A stretch of DNA of 63,302 nt, the filler included, from Asterionella formosa (lineage: Eukaryota): NCBI GenBank assembly GCA_002256025.1. It is 21 parts of 21 records of this genome, joined end to end, with 100 filler letters (N's around TTAATTAATTAA, not from the genome) between each part and the next. Parts side by side here need not be neighbours in the genome. Positions count along the whole stretch, not along the records: positions 28,479 to 47,772 come from NKIB01003751.1; positions 47,873 to 49,067 come from NKIB01003752.1; 19 more parts are not named here. One strand, 5' to 3'. How positions within the stretch are numbered: the stretch's first letter is position 1; each line of letters opens with the position of its first letter. A program made the translations under genes and the position numbers. The notes under the pieces were generated by a model. That model did not search any database and had not been told where the DNA came from. It saw nothing but the letters and a program-made list of their open reading frames with translations. This document shows, piece by piece, positions 37,182 to 49,167 of the stretch.

Positions 37182-39576
37182 GTCCTTTAATTGATGAGGA
37201 GCCGATGGAGCTTCTAATAGCAATCAACTCCTTATAATGTCGAGGGAATAACTTGTTTTNNNNNNNNNNNNNNNNNNNNNNNNNNNNNNNNNNNNNNNNN
37301 NNNNNNNNNNNNNNNNNNNNNNNNNNNNNNNNNNNNNNNNNNNNNNNNNNNNNNNNNNNNNNNNNNNNNNNNNNNNNNNNNNNNNNNNNNNNNNNNNNNN
37401 NNNNNNNNNNNNNNNNNNNNNNNNNNNNNNNNNNNNNNNNNNNNNNNNNNNNNNNNNNNNNNNNNNNNNNNNNNNNNNNNNNNNNNNNNNNNNNNNNNNN
37501 NNNNNNNNNNNNNNNNNNNNNNNNNNNNNNNNNNNNNNNNNNNNNNNNNNNNNNNNNNNNNNNNNNNNNNNNNNNNNNNNNNNNNNNNNNNNNNNNNNNN
37601 NNNNNNNNNNNNNNNNNNNNNNNNNNNNNNNNNNNNNNNNNNNNNNNNNNNNNNNNNNNNNNNNNNNNNNNNNNNNNNNNNNNNNNNNNNNNNNNNNNNN
37701 NNNNNNNNNNNNNNNNNNNNNNNNNNNNNNNNNNNNNNNNNNNNNNNNNNNNNNNNNNNNNNNNNNNNNNNNNNNNNNNNNNNNNNNNNNNNNNNNNNNN
37801 NNNNNNNNNNNNNNNNNNNNNNNNNNNNNNNNNNNNNNNNNNNNNNNNNNNNNNNNNNNNNNNNNNNNNNNNNNNNNNNNNNNNNNNNNNNNNNNNNNNN
37901 NNNNNNNNNNNNNNNNNNNNNNNNNNNNNNNNNNNNNNNNNNNNNNNNNNNNNNNNNNNNNNNNNNNNNNNNNNNNNNNNNNNNNNNNNNNNNNNNNNNN
38001 NNNNNNNNNNNNNNNNNNNNNNNNNNNNNNNNNNNNNNNNNNNNNNNNNNNNNNNNNNNNNNNNNNNNNNNNNNNNNNNNNNNNNNNNNNNNNNNNNNNN
38101 NNNNNNNAAGTTTTTTTTTGAATCTCACATGCAACGTGCTTTCTAAGAACACAGAGTTACATGTGGAATTTCAAAGCATGGCCTGCCAACAAGTCCAGGT
38201 GCTTCCCAAGTTTTGTTAGCACGGGTGAGTTGCTCCCCAACCATCTTTCGCAAAAGGTAATCGTATTAGCCGCAGCATGAGGGGAAACTCCGACCACCTA
38301 GGAAGGTGGCACAATGCTTGTAGGAGTGCAAGCCAATTTTCCTTGCACACCAGGCAAGACCGTGCAGCAGGGCAGTGAGGAGTGTGGGAGTCAAACCCGA
38401 AAATTGCGGGAATCGAACCACACAACCTCAAATCAAAGGCAACATACCCAGCCAACTAAGCCAATCCCCTTATGCTTAAGAGTTAATTTCCTCTTTACAG
38501 AAAAGTGTTGCAATATGCACAATGAGTTAGTCGGGGGAATTCGTGATTATTTCCACGATGCGATATTTCTAGTTGCATATAAAACAAGTAGTATATTGCT
38601 GCTGGATGTCTGCAATGTATGTCTATATTAAGCAAACTGTAAAATGACCCACAACACAATTCCATTGAAAAATGAACCACAACAATTTGTACATACATGA
38701 AAGTCAGTGCAAAATTATATGTTAAGGGATTTTCTTGCATTTTGACCTGTTGCACCCTCTTTGAGACATCAGTTTGGACTATGCTTATTGTACAATGAAA
38801 TGTACACTATTCATTTTTGTTCCTGTAGTTCTTCGTGTGTAGGAATATGATGTACCAGCGAAAGTATTATATGTCAACATTGCTCTCCCGACAGCATCTC
38901 AAACACAGCTGTCTGTCAGAGACTCAAGGAGGAAGAGGAGGAGGGTTCGTTGGTGTTGCTGGCGACAAGAAATCAGTAATCAGCCGATTCGCTTTCAACT
39001 GCAATGCTGACAGTAATTCTATACTTTCAATCAAGTAAAATGATAAAGGTTCCTGAACAAGACCACCTAATTTCTCCATGTCCTAAAATTGGGAGAGCAT
39101 TGAGGGGATTAGCATATAAATCTCAATTCTGAAGGCCGAAACATGATTAAAGTGCCCTGGCATGAAAATCCTATTTGCACACTACATATGCTTTATGTGC
39201 TTCTCAATTCCCCGTACATGGTACCAGTAAAAAACTGCATTGACCCACTGTTTTATCTCATTTGTTTGATTATTTCGACTAACAATTAGCTTTCCTTTCT
39301 CTGAAATTTGTTCGGAAGTATTGATGTCATAAGGCGTCGGTACGCACATTAGCATCCTGTTCCTACCGATAGTTAAATTGAACCTCTGGTTCAGAAGATT
39401 TTTACATTTATCTAGACGTAAAATTCAGTCTCACTCGGTCAATGCAGTATATGAAATTTTTACCATACCTGAAAGTAATTTTCTATTCGTTGGTGAACAC
39501 GGATTATCCTGTTTGGTTCAAAGCGAAAAGGCATAAAATGCATGATACTCCATACATTAAACCGGTAATGATGGTA

Positions 39577-40362
39577 CCAGTAAAAATCTGCCATGACCCA
39601 TTGAGCTAGGGTGTTTGTTTGACTCCTCCGACTAATGGTAAATTCTACCGAATTGCGGATCCGTTTGATCGATAGTGTCAGAGCAGCATCGATCAATCAA
39701 GCTGTCGTGTTAGAATTCTGATTGAACGATTTCATCAGAAGATACGATGATAATAAAACAGCTAAAAAGTGATTTCAATGGGTCATGGCAGTATATACTT
39801 TTTCTCGATAAACGTATATACATTTATATACATTTTCGAGGACGGATTAGGTCATGTGTTAAAGCACTTGTCAGGCGTGTTATCAGAAAGGTGCGATGAA
39901 AACCTGGTATGTACTCCCTACCTGGTATACCCATAATCATACATAATGCATTTGCATGATGACGCCGTGCGCCTAAATAATTTGCCATCTCCGTAGAAGT
40001 CAATACCAAGACAAGATATACTATATTGTCGAAAATGAGGTGAAGGTTCAAATCAATATCGAAACTTTAATATTGATCGTTGTATTATCATATGATGCGG
40101 TGACTCCTAAACTTACCCTAATCCGTGTTCTTCATGGTTTTTCGGTCGATTGACCATTTCAGGCAATCTATCAACACGAACAACTTGCTCCAAATCTCAA
40201 ACTAATTACATAGCTGACTAGCCTGCCTATATGCTCGGGAAGGAGCCAGAGCTCTCAAAATTACATTTATTAAAGTTTTGATTGCAAAACGTGTTATTCT
40301 GCGTTCAATGGGTCACGGCAGTTCAAAAATATTCTCAATGGGTCATGGCAGTTTTTTACTGG
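39577..40362. mobile_element. ~790-bp MITE with ~29-bp TIRs (CCAGTAAAAA..TGCCATGACCCATTGAG) and a TA duplication; mariner-like
   Basis: ggTA|ccagtaaaaatctgccatgacccattgag ... ctcaatgggtcatggcagttttttactgg|TAcc. A second left end is at 39224, and internal TIR-like copies lie near 39776 and 40306. Confidence 0.82.
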
Positions 40363-40705
40363 TACCACTCCTGGTACTATAGATGTACCATTTTTGTGCG
40401 CGTGGGTAGGTACCAGGAAGATCCGGTAGTGCACATACTATGCGCACATTTCAGTTTTGTCGCACTCCCAATGGATCGTCTCATGCCTGCCGGATGAGAT
40501 AGGCCAGCTTTTGATGAAAATAATATTCCTTAAGTAATATCTTAGGAAAATGTTAGTCTTATTGACAGATGACGATTTGTAGAATCAGTCTCTGAACACG
40601 ACTCAGATTTCCTGACTGATGAACGGTCTCAGCAAACCGTCTTCTAGCTTCGGAATCAGCATAGTGATCTTAGCTTTCTGCTTTAGAACTTTCTGACAAT
40701 GACTT

Positions 40706-40890
40706 AAACTGCTGACTACGACTAGAAACTGCTGACTACAACTAGAATCAGCTGACTACGACTAGAAACTGCTGACTACGAATAGAAACTGCTGACTACA
40801 ACTAGAAACCGCTGACTACGAATAGAAACTGCTGACCACGAATGGAATTTGCTGACTAGGAATAGAACTTGCTGACAGCGACTAGACTTT
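40706..40890 (+). repeat. 20-bp minisatellite (aaactgctgactacgactag), about 9 units
   Basis: Clear 20-nt periodicity. Related degenerate units occur at 28479-28550. Confidence 0.92.
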
Positions 40891-41866
40891 GGCTGCCTAC
40901 AACGACTACCGATAGAACTTGCGAAAAAGAACAGATTTTGTGAATGACCCTTATGCCTTTGAAGTATAGTATACATGGACAAACACAACCAATACCCCTG
41001 ATAGCCTTGCCAATACTACTACCGTATACTTCATTGTCCTGGACCCCCCTGTGCATTTTTCTCGAGGTGGAACCAAACACCCAATAATCTTCTTGTCATA
41101 GACAAAGTAACGTGCTATAATTCTTTTTGTCCTCGTAGGCACATTCGACTGCCTTTTCTGCAAAATGTTCCGTTGTTTCTATTTTGATTCTTTGTTGAGG
41201 TTGACTTGTTCACGCCAACTAGTGTCTAGANNNNNNNNNNNNNNNNNNNNNNNNNNNNNNNNNNNNNNNNNNNNNNNNNNNNNNNNNNNNNNNNNNNNNN
41301 NNNNNNNNNNNNNNNNNNNNNNNNNNNNNNNNNNNNNNNNNNNNNNNNNNNNNNNNNNNNNNNNNNNNNNNNNNNNNNNNNNNNNNNNNNNNNNNNNNNN
41401 NNNNNNNNNNNNNNNNNNNNNNNNNNNNNNNNNNNNNNNNNNNNNNNNNNNNNNNNNNNNNNNNNNNNNNNNNNNNNNNNNNNNNNNNNNNNNNNNNNNN
41501 NNNNNNNNNNNNNNNNNNNNNNNNNNNNNNNNNNNNNNNNNNNNNNNNNNNNNNNNNNNNNNNNNNNNNNNNNNNNNNNNNNNNNNNNNNNNNNNNNNNN
41601 NNNNNNNNNNNNNNNNNNNNNNNNNNNNNNNNNNNNNNNNNNNNNNNNNNNNNNNNNNNNNNNNNNNNNNNNNNNNNNAATGAGCTGTTTTTCTGCCGTT
41701 TCGATGTGCGCTTTATGCGCATCCACTGTTTCCCTCGTCTATAATACTAAATATACTATTACTGCAGGTATGAATGTAAAATTGAAGAAATTTTGCATCT
41801 AAAACAAGCAAATATTTAAAAATGAAACAACCACAATTTCTACATACCAGTTAGTACCGTAAACCT

Positions 41867-42453
41867 CTAAAGGTTCCTGCAGCTCGAGATAGGATTAAAC
41901 CATAATATGAAATCAGAATACTCAAACACACACTTCCTTCGAGTAAAATGAAAATGTATATCGATAGGCAGAGCTTTCATCAATATATACCCTTTCCATA
42001 TGCTTAGATACCTGGTACAGTCATTGATCAAAAAAGGTTCCTGGTAACCTTTTTTCTTCTTTCTTTCTTGCGCGTCTGGATCACATTCAGAACAATTCTT
42101 CATGATTTTTCTTTCCCCATTAGTTTTAAAACAATGACATTTCACAATTGGATTAAATGGAATTATTTTATTAAACTTCCCAAGAGCGTTTTGATCCACC
42201 ATGTTTTGTACGCTTTCAACTGTTTAGTATCATGAACATTGTCTTCTTTAATCAATACCATTTTCCAATGATCAACTCCATATCTTTCAAATTGTTGAAA
42301 ACAAGAGCAAAATAAATCATCACTTCCTTTCCATAATTGAGCAAAATTCTGGTTATGGTACTTAAATCTGTCTCTTGTTGTGTTCGAAGTAGATCCTACA
42401 TAGAATTCAGGACCTCCGGTGGAAATAATTTTGTAAATCTTTCCCTTCATCAT
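41867..42453 (-). pseudogene. GIY-YIG endonuclease-like gene, frameshifted, with a Cys-rich C-terminal part
   Basis: KGKIYKIIS...FYVGSTSNTTRDRFKYH fits GIY-x9-11-YVG...R..H. The overlapping ORF continues with KCHC..CSEC. Confidence 0.75.
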
Positions 42454-42512
42454 CTTATATCTACAATATGAAGATTAGTTTAAAGGGTAATTCATTTTTT
42501 CATTCTGAAGGC

Positions 42513-42710
42513 TTATTGAACTTCCTCCTTTACATCATCAAAGCACAAGGTTTGCTGTACTAACCAATTCAAATATTTTTGATCAAACTGAGCAACTTCA
42601 GAAACTGTTTTCCCCTGGTATTTGCCAAAATTTAACTTAATTGATCGTTTGTTATTGAAATCATTATTGTGTTCGAGTAAACCAGTTTTAAGCGAATCTG
42701 TTAGGAGTTC
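42513..42710 (-). CDS. Small ExoX-C/DUF3820-like domain (LNFGKYQGKTVSEVAQFDQKYLNWL); start uncertain
   Basis: FGKY.GK...E+...D..YL.W motif. Confidence 0.6.
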   Translation of the reverse strand, partial: ELLTDSLKTGLLEHNNDFNNKRSIKLNFGKYQGKTVSEVAQFDQKYLNWLVQQTLCFDDVKEEVQ

Positions 42711-42714
42711 ATTG

Positions 42715-43307
42715 TCATGGAGGTAAGAGGTAAGAGATTGGTAGTAGTTGCTTATGGTCTGTATACTTGAGAGAAGAAACTTTGGATTTTCGAGTATCAG
42801 ATTTTCTAGTATATGGACGAAGAGCTGTGATGAATTTTCCAAATGATTCAGGAAGTGCATCTTCATAGAACTTATCCAAAGAAGTCTTCACAGTGCCTTC
42901 AATTTGAAATGAGACTTTCCATAGGTTTCCACAAAACTTGGATCCATCAAGCTCAACCTCTCTATCGGATTTCGAAGGAAGAACACTCTTATCCAGAAAC
43001 ATAACCTTCTCTCCCATGGCTTGAAGTAGCTTGAAGACGAAGAAAAGAAACTGGGTTTTTCCTTGTGCTTTGTGACCGTAAACTGCACACGAACCCTGAT
43101 CCTTGAGGAACTCGAAAAGGCGAGAAGCTGACTGCATTTGATGCGCGGAGTTGAAGACAGAGTAGAGCTGTTCTTGGTTGAGCTTCTTCAGCAGGGCCTC
43201 CACACGTTCTGAACGATAGATCCTTTCCTTTGATCAAGGAGTAGTTGCACTGCTCCGTCGAGCACATGGATGGCGTAAGCGCTCAATGCAGCCTCTAGCT
43301 GACTCAT
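42715..43307 (-). pseudogene. Truncated P-loop NTPase gene (Walker A GHKAQGKT)
   Basis: ATG at 43307 (MSQLEAALSAYAIHVLDG), frameshifts near 43205-43230, then CAVYGHKAQGKTQFLFFVFKLLQAMGEKVMFLD. It ends before a clear Walker B. Confidence 0.6.
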
Positions 43308-43352
43308 TTATTTTTTTGCTGCGTTTCAACATTGAAAAAAGACCATGGCTTA

Positions 43353-44331
43353 GGCCGTTGCTAACGGTGGACCAAAACGCAAACCAAACAGTGTTTTGGT
43401 TTCGGTAACCCTAAAAACGATGCTAACGGGAGTGAAAAACCCAACGCAAACGCATTACGTTTAGGGGATTCCGTGCCCATATCCCAATAAGTTACCCAAA
43501 TGCCGCATTACGTTTAGGTTTTTTTTCCCAAAGTTACCTAAAAAAACAAAAAAAACGTAGGATTCCATATTGACTACTTTTAATGTAGTCACTAGAAACC
43601 CAATAAATATCGTTGCAGAATCACTACACATAGGACGCATCATATGCCGGTACCGGTATTTCATATCTATATACAACAATAGCTATACGGTACCGGTACC
43701 AGGGTACCAGGTACCATGATACCACACTGGCGAGAACAGCAACAACAACAAATCGACTTCGATTTATTATGCGGAACACATAAATCAATCTTCTGTCACC
43801 ACGACTTCATCTTCGTCGTCCTCTTCAACTGAGGCTGCTGGTGGCGGTATCGCTCCGGCAACTGGGACTGGTGCATCGCCACGTCCCATTGTATCAATAT
43901 ATCTGTTAAGTAAGCAGTAGATGTTTTGTTGCAGGTAATGGCGCATGGCCAATTCGTTTGTACCAAGACACCATTGTTTTTGTTTGCGGCATTCAATTCT
44001 GTCTGGCTTGCTGAAACTGCTGTCAGTTGTATTTCATCATGAAGAAGTGTGGTCGGAGTATATATATATACGGCACTACCGGTAAATTGCGGGGAAAACT
44101 AACTAATTCCCAAATAGGAATCATAATATTTCATTTATAAAAGTAGTCTAATAGAAATATTTTCCTTTTTTTATAATGGTTTTGTCATCCTACGTCACAG
44201 TAGATGGGTGGTTGACAGCATTTAGGATTTCCCAAAAACCGATAGCATCGTTTTTCGTCAGTTGACCAAAACCAAAACCAATCCAAAAAAAGTTTTTGGG
44301 TTTTGGGTTGGGTCAACGGTTAGCAACGGCC
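43353..44331. mobile_element. 979-bp Tourist-like (PIF/Harbinger) MITE with a TTA target-site duplication
   Basis: TTA|ggccgttgctaacggtggacc ... ggtcaacggttagcaacggcc|TTA. The right ~245 bp match the Harbinger end at 15633. Confidence 0.92.
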
Positions 44332-47300
44332 TTATTTCTCAAAGATAGTACTCCGAGGTATCTTGTTTGAATGAGTTGTGCCAGGAACGGCATGTAGCGG
44401 CCTAATGTTTCAGGATGCACCCAGCCTTCTTATATGCATACAGTAGCATTTTACACTGGTACAGGTACTGGTACCGGAGTACCATGATACCAGGTACCAT
44501 GGTCATACAAAGTGTAGACGAGTTTGCCTGTAAAATATACGACCAGCAATTTTTTGAAACCCTGATACAGTACAGAGTAGTGCACATTCATTGTCACATT
44601 TATTGCTCATTTGCACATTCTTGGTTGCATCCTCTTCCCTTCGTGCTCACTATCATGATGCCATACATCCCTCTTCATCCTCATGGCATTCCTTTTCAGG
44701 AATTCAATGAGCAGATGATGATGGACAAGGGTACATGCTGGGCATACATTTCTGAAAGTTTGGTCTCTTTTTGTTGGTGTGTTGAACACAAACCAGGATG
44801 GCTTATAGCATATGCCCAGAACAAGGTGATTCTCCTGAGACGGAGGCAGCAGGCATATGTACAAGGGAAGGAAAAATCGTGTTAGAAATGGATTTGTTGA
44901 ATTGATTCAGCATGCTGCAGAGGAAGCCATCATGATGCAGGGTATATGATATATCTCCAGAGCCTTCTCCATTCTTGGACACAAGATTGGCTGTCCAAGA
45001 GCTGCTATGGGAATAAGCAATCATATCTATTCAACTTATTCAGGCTACATCATGGCACAGGCTTCACAGTTAATTTTGAGCAGGAGGAACTTAGCAACCT
45101 TTCGCATGGTTTTTATCGGATTATTGCAGTGGAGAATCATTATGGGTTAGAAGAGATTTTTGAGGTTAAAAGAACCCATGAACAATCAACTATATCACAT
45201 CCTTTGTACTTGGTTCATTGAGTTCAAAATTAATTAAATTTTCATACTAGTATGTTAAAGCTATCCAATAATTGCACTTGTGCCCACTTGAATGCAAACA
45301 ATTAGTACCAGTTTTATTCATCCGTATGGTACAACAACTCCCTCTGTCCAATAACAGTTGCGTTGATTATCGGAGCCCTCAGTGCCAAGCAGCTTTTTTA
45401 GGATGGATTACGTAGACTATATACCATCTTTCTACATAAGGGTTGGCTTTTTGGTCGAAAAAGTGCGTTTTTTAGTTCTTAAGATGTGAGTATAAACTTG
45501 CAATCACTAATTAATTTATTAGCATCTAAATAAATTAATCGAACCCAATTTAGCATACATATATTTTCATTGATCACATACACATGTTTCCAAATGCTGT
45601 TTTACATCGGCCAACCAGTTAAATATTTGTGGGAAATGGAATAATAAAATTCACTATCAATATCATAAAGTATAAAGTGAAGAGAATAAATGTCTTTCCA
45701 TATACTTTCTACAGTTGTAACATTTGCATTGACCATCGGCGTACAGCTGGATATTTAGTTGTTCCAATAGTCAAATGAGGATTCCATCATTTTCTTCCTT
45801 CACATCATCGCCACTTTTCTGGTTGCTCCATCCACAATCAAAGTCAAGTTGCCATTGTTCTACTATTATATCCTACTTCGTATTAGTTCTACTTCCGAAA
45901 TATGCATTGTTAGCTGCGCTGAAGTTGTTCATTGATAATGACGCTTGACAAGATAAACGCTTTTTACATTTGACATGTAAATTGCGCATTTTAATGCTGC
46001 TGCCGTACAACACAGAATCATGTTCGACTGTTGGGAGCAACTAAATAATGTCCAATTAAAATGCAGAAAATTGGCACAAAACCATGCTTACTTAACATTC
46101 ACGGCTTATCAATAAATTCATGATAAAAACAGATAGTGATAAAATGTCGTACGTCATAACATGTTTTATCAGAAACTATTTATTTTTATCAGCCCTTAGG
46201 AAATGACAAGCTTCATTGAAAATATACGAAAATGATGATGACTCGGTCATGGAATCAAGGATCTGCCATGCAACATGGAAGTTGTCGATGATGTGGTTGC
46301 TGATAGAGAGCCGCCTGATGGAGAGACTCTTGGAAACAACAAGAGGACGTCGTGCAAGTTCCACTATCCATCTGGAAGTGCACTACCTGCTAGAAGTAAG
46401 GCCCTGTTTGTGTCCGCCTGCATTTGAAGACAAGATCACTGGTGAAAACGAATGGGCTAGTATGCAAGTCAAGATGGAGAGCATGACTGCCCCAGGAATA
46501 ATGTTTGTGTTCTGGGATAACTATCCAGGTACAGCTCAGAAAATTCGGGTAAGGATCTCAATCATGTTGACAGTGCTACGGTTTTGGAGCTGCTACACAA
46601 TTCCAGTGATGCAGCCGCAAAACGGTGCATGAATATTACAGGATATGAAGCGGCAATTTCAAGGGAATATCTGAGAAATTTACTGTTTCCGGTGCTGCGA
46701 CTCTTGCGATATTTTCTCTACCTGGTGCTCTTCAATTGTTTGCTTTGGAAACATGTTCTCTTCTTCTCCAGCTCTTTTTCCTTTTGTTTCATTTGTTCAA
46801 CATTGCTGATTCTTTCGCTGGGCGCCGTGTTCGTGACCATTCGCTGAGCCCTTTTCGTCATGGTGAACCGGTTGTTTTTGCCAAAATTTAACTGTCAGTA
46901 CCCGGAAGTAGCCGTAGCTATACTACTAAATCTTATTTTGATTCTTTGCTGTAGTACTTTACTATTCTTTATTCTGCTCGCCTTTTTACTTGGCTTATAA
47001 GTATCATTTATCACTTTTTGAAATTGTTGTCTTATAAATATATTACAAATATGCCTTACTTAAGTCTAGTAAAAGGGAAATCTCACCATATTCCTGGACC
47101 CTTTATGTGAAATCAGTCAAATTTAGTCATGGCAGTGATCATTGGCTGGGGGGGTCCAGGAAGCTGAAGTAGACACTAGGCAAAGTAAGCAAAACCTTTC
47201 TCACTTTGCTTACTTTTGCTTACCGATCATTTTCATTTGCTTTTTTTAAAATTTCCCCACGTTTTGACATTTTCACTTTTGGAATAAAATTAGCATAAAG

Positions 47301-47479
47301 CCTACGTCACGAAGTCGTGATACAGACAATTTAATTAGTAAAAAGGAAATTAATTTTGTGTTGAAAAGAATTCTAATTCTTCTCGTTGTTCAGAGCTGAA
47401 TTAATTTTGTTTCGTCGCTGCAATCAAGAGAAACAAGGAAATGAGGGGTGGATCGAAAACAATTTCTTTCATTTGTTTG

Positions 47480-47562
47480 TCAGTCAAACTCGGCCACATT
47501 TTAGACTTGAGCTAATGCATATATGGCGAGCTTAAGTCTGAAATGTGGCCAAGATTGGCTGA
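47480..47562 (+). repeat. Long hairpin (22-bp core stem, ~34 bp extended, 15-nt loop)
   Basis: 47492-47513 pairs fully with 47529-47550 if two G-U pairs are allowed. Confidence 0.85.
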
Positions 47563-47872
47563 AAGATGAAGAAGTTGAAAATCGCGACGAAGTAACAATA
47601 ATAATTTTTACGGATTTTTAGATCTGGTATGTTTCGACGTAGAAACAGCATGTAGAAGTAGTTTCATCACGATGAAGCTTGACAAAACTTTTCATATATA
47701 CAAAGGATTGTCACAACGATCAGCTTGATTCAAGCGACAATTACTCTACTGCTAACTGGGATGTTTTGCTCCNNNNNNNNNNNNNNNNNNNNNNNNNNNN
47801 NNNNNNNNNNNNNNNNTTAATTAATTAANNNNNNNNNNNNNNNNNNNNNNNNNNNNNNNNNNNNNNNNNNNN

Positions 47873-49067
47873 GATATTGAATATTGTCTGTCAAGATGGG
47901 ATGATTAAGGAAACATGTAAGCAGAGGTTCATCATCTAATTCAATTGAAAAAGTAGAAGTGGAAGTTGATGTTGGAGATTTCGGTCCAATATCAATATCA
48001 TCCTCCACCAAAGACTCAAGCCTCGGGAGGCGAGAGATGGAATCTGCAATAGCATTGTCAGTCCCTTTCACATAATGAAAAGTAGGATGGTATTCTTCAA
48101 TGTAAAGTCGCCATCGTAGAACACGTTGTGTATGTAATGTATTATAAATAAGATTTCGATGATCAGTGTGAACATGTAGAACTGCACCCAATAACATAGA
48201 GCGAAATTCTTTGAAAGTTTCTACCACAGAAAGTAATTCTTTTTCAATAGTAGTATAATTCTTTTGAGCAGCAGATAATTTGCGAGAATAATAAGCAACT
48301 GGGAGATCATTTTGCATAATGACCGACCCTAATTGATAATCAGAGGCATCAGTAAAGATATGAAAAGGAAGATTATGGTCAGGATAACGCATGAGTGTAT
48401 CTGCAACTAACAATGCTTTCATTTCTTCAAAAGCTTGTTGATGGATAGGTAACCAGACAAAGGGACTAGTTCCAATTAAATCCGTAAGTGGTCCAAGAAC
48501 ATGCGATCGTCTAGGAAACATGTCTCGATAGTAAGTAACAGCACCGAGAAATGATCGAACTTGTTTAAGATTGGTAGGTGAAGACATATTAATCAATGCT
48601 CGGACTTTTTTAGACCAAGGTTTCAGTCCATTAGGAGTTAACCAATAGCCTAACCAATCTGTCTCTTGGACGGCCCATTCACACTTAGATGGATTAATTG
48701 TAAAACCATTTATCTGTAAACGATGTAAAATAGTGTCCAATAAATGAAGGTGATCTGAAAAATTCATTGAAAAACAACCCACATCATCAATATAAATTTC
48801 CACATCATCTAAATCACTAAGGATCTGTTCCATAGTTTCTTGTGCAATGTCAGATGATTGTTTCACCCCCATAGGCAGGCGAAAATATTTATATAAACCA
48901 AATGGAGTTGAAATAACACACAAGTTTTGACTCTCCACATCCAATGCAAAAGTATAGTATTGCATGGAAACATCCAATTTGGTGAAAAATACATATCCAG
49001 CACGTTTAGTGAGAATAGTTTGTATTCGAGGCAAAGGATATATATTGCGATTGATGACTTTATTAAG
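47873..49067 (-). mobile_element. Ty3/gypsy pol fragment (RT-RNase H), intact frame
   Basis: RLPMG, YIDD, FLGAVTYYR, TDASDYQLG, EKELLSVV, TDHRNL and ADSISRL. Confidence 0.95.
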
Positions 49068-49167
49068 NNNNNNNNNNNNNNNNNNNNNNNNNNNNNNNNN
49101 NNNNNNNNNNNTTAATTAATTAANNNNNNNNNNNNNNNNNNNNNNNNNNNNNNNNNNNNNNNNNNNN

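Noticed and set aside
37232..38152. Long ORFs spanning N runs (also 3103-3678, 29632-30090, 41165-41726)
   Set aside because: These are artefacts of translating gaps.
40706..40890. Possible CRISPR array
   Set aside because: The units are head-to-tail without spacers, the context is eukaryotic, and there are no cas genes.
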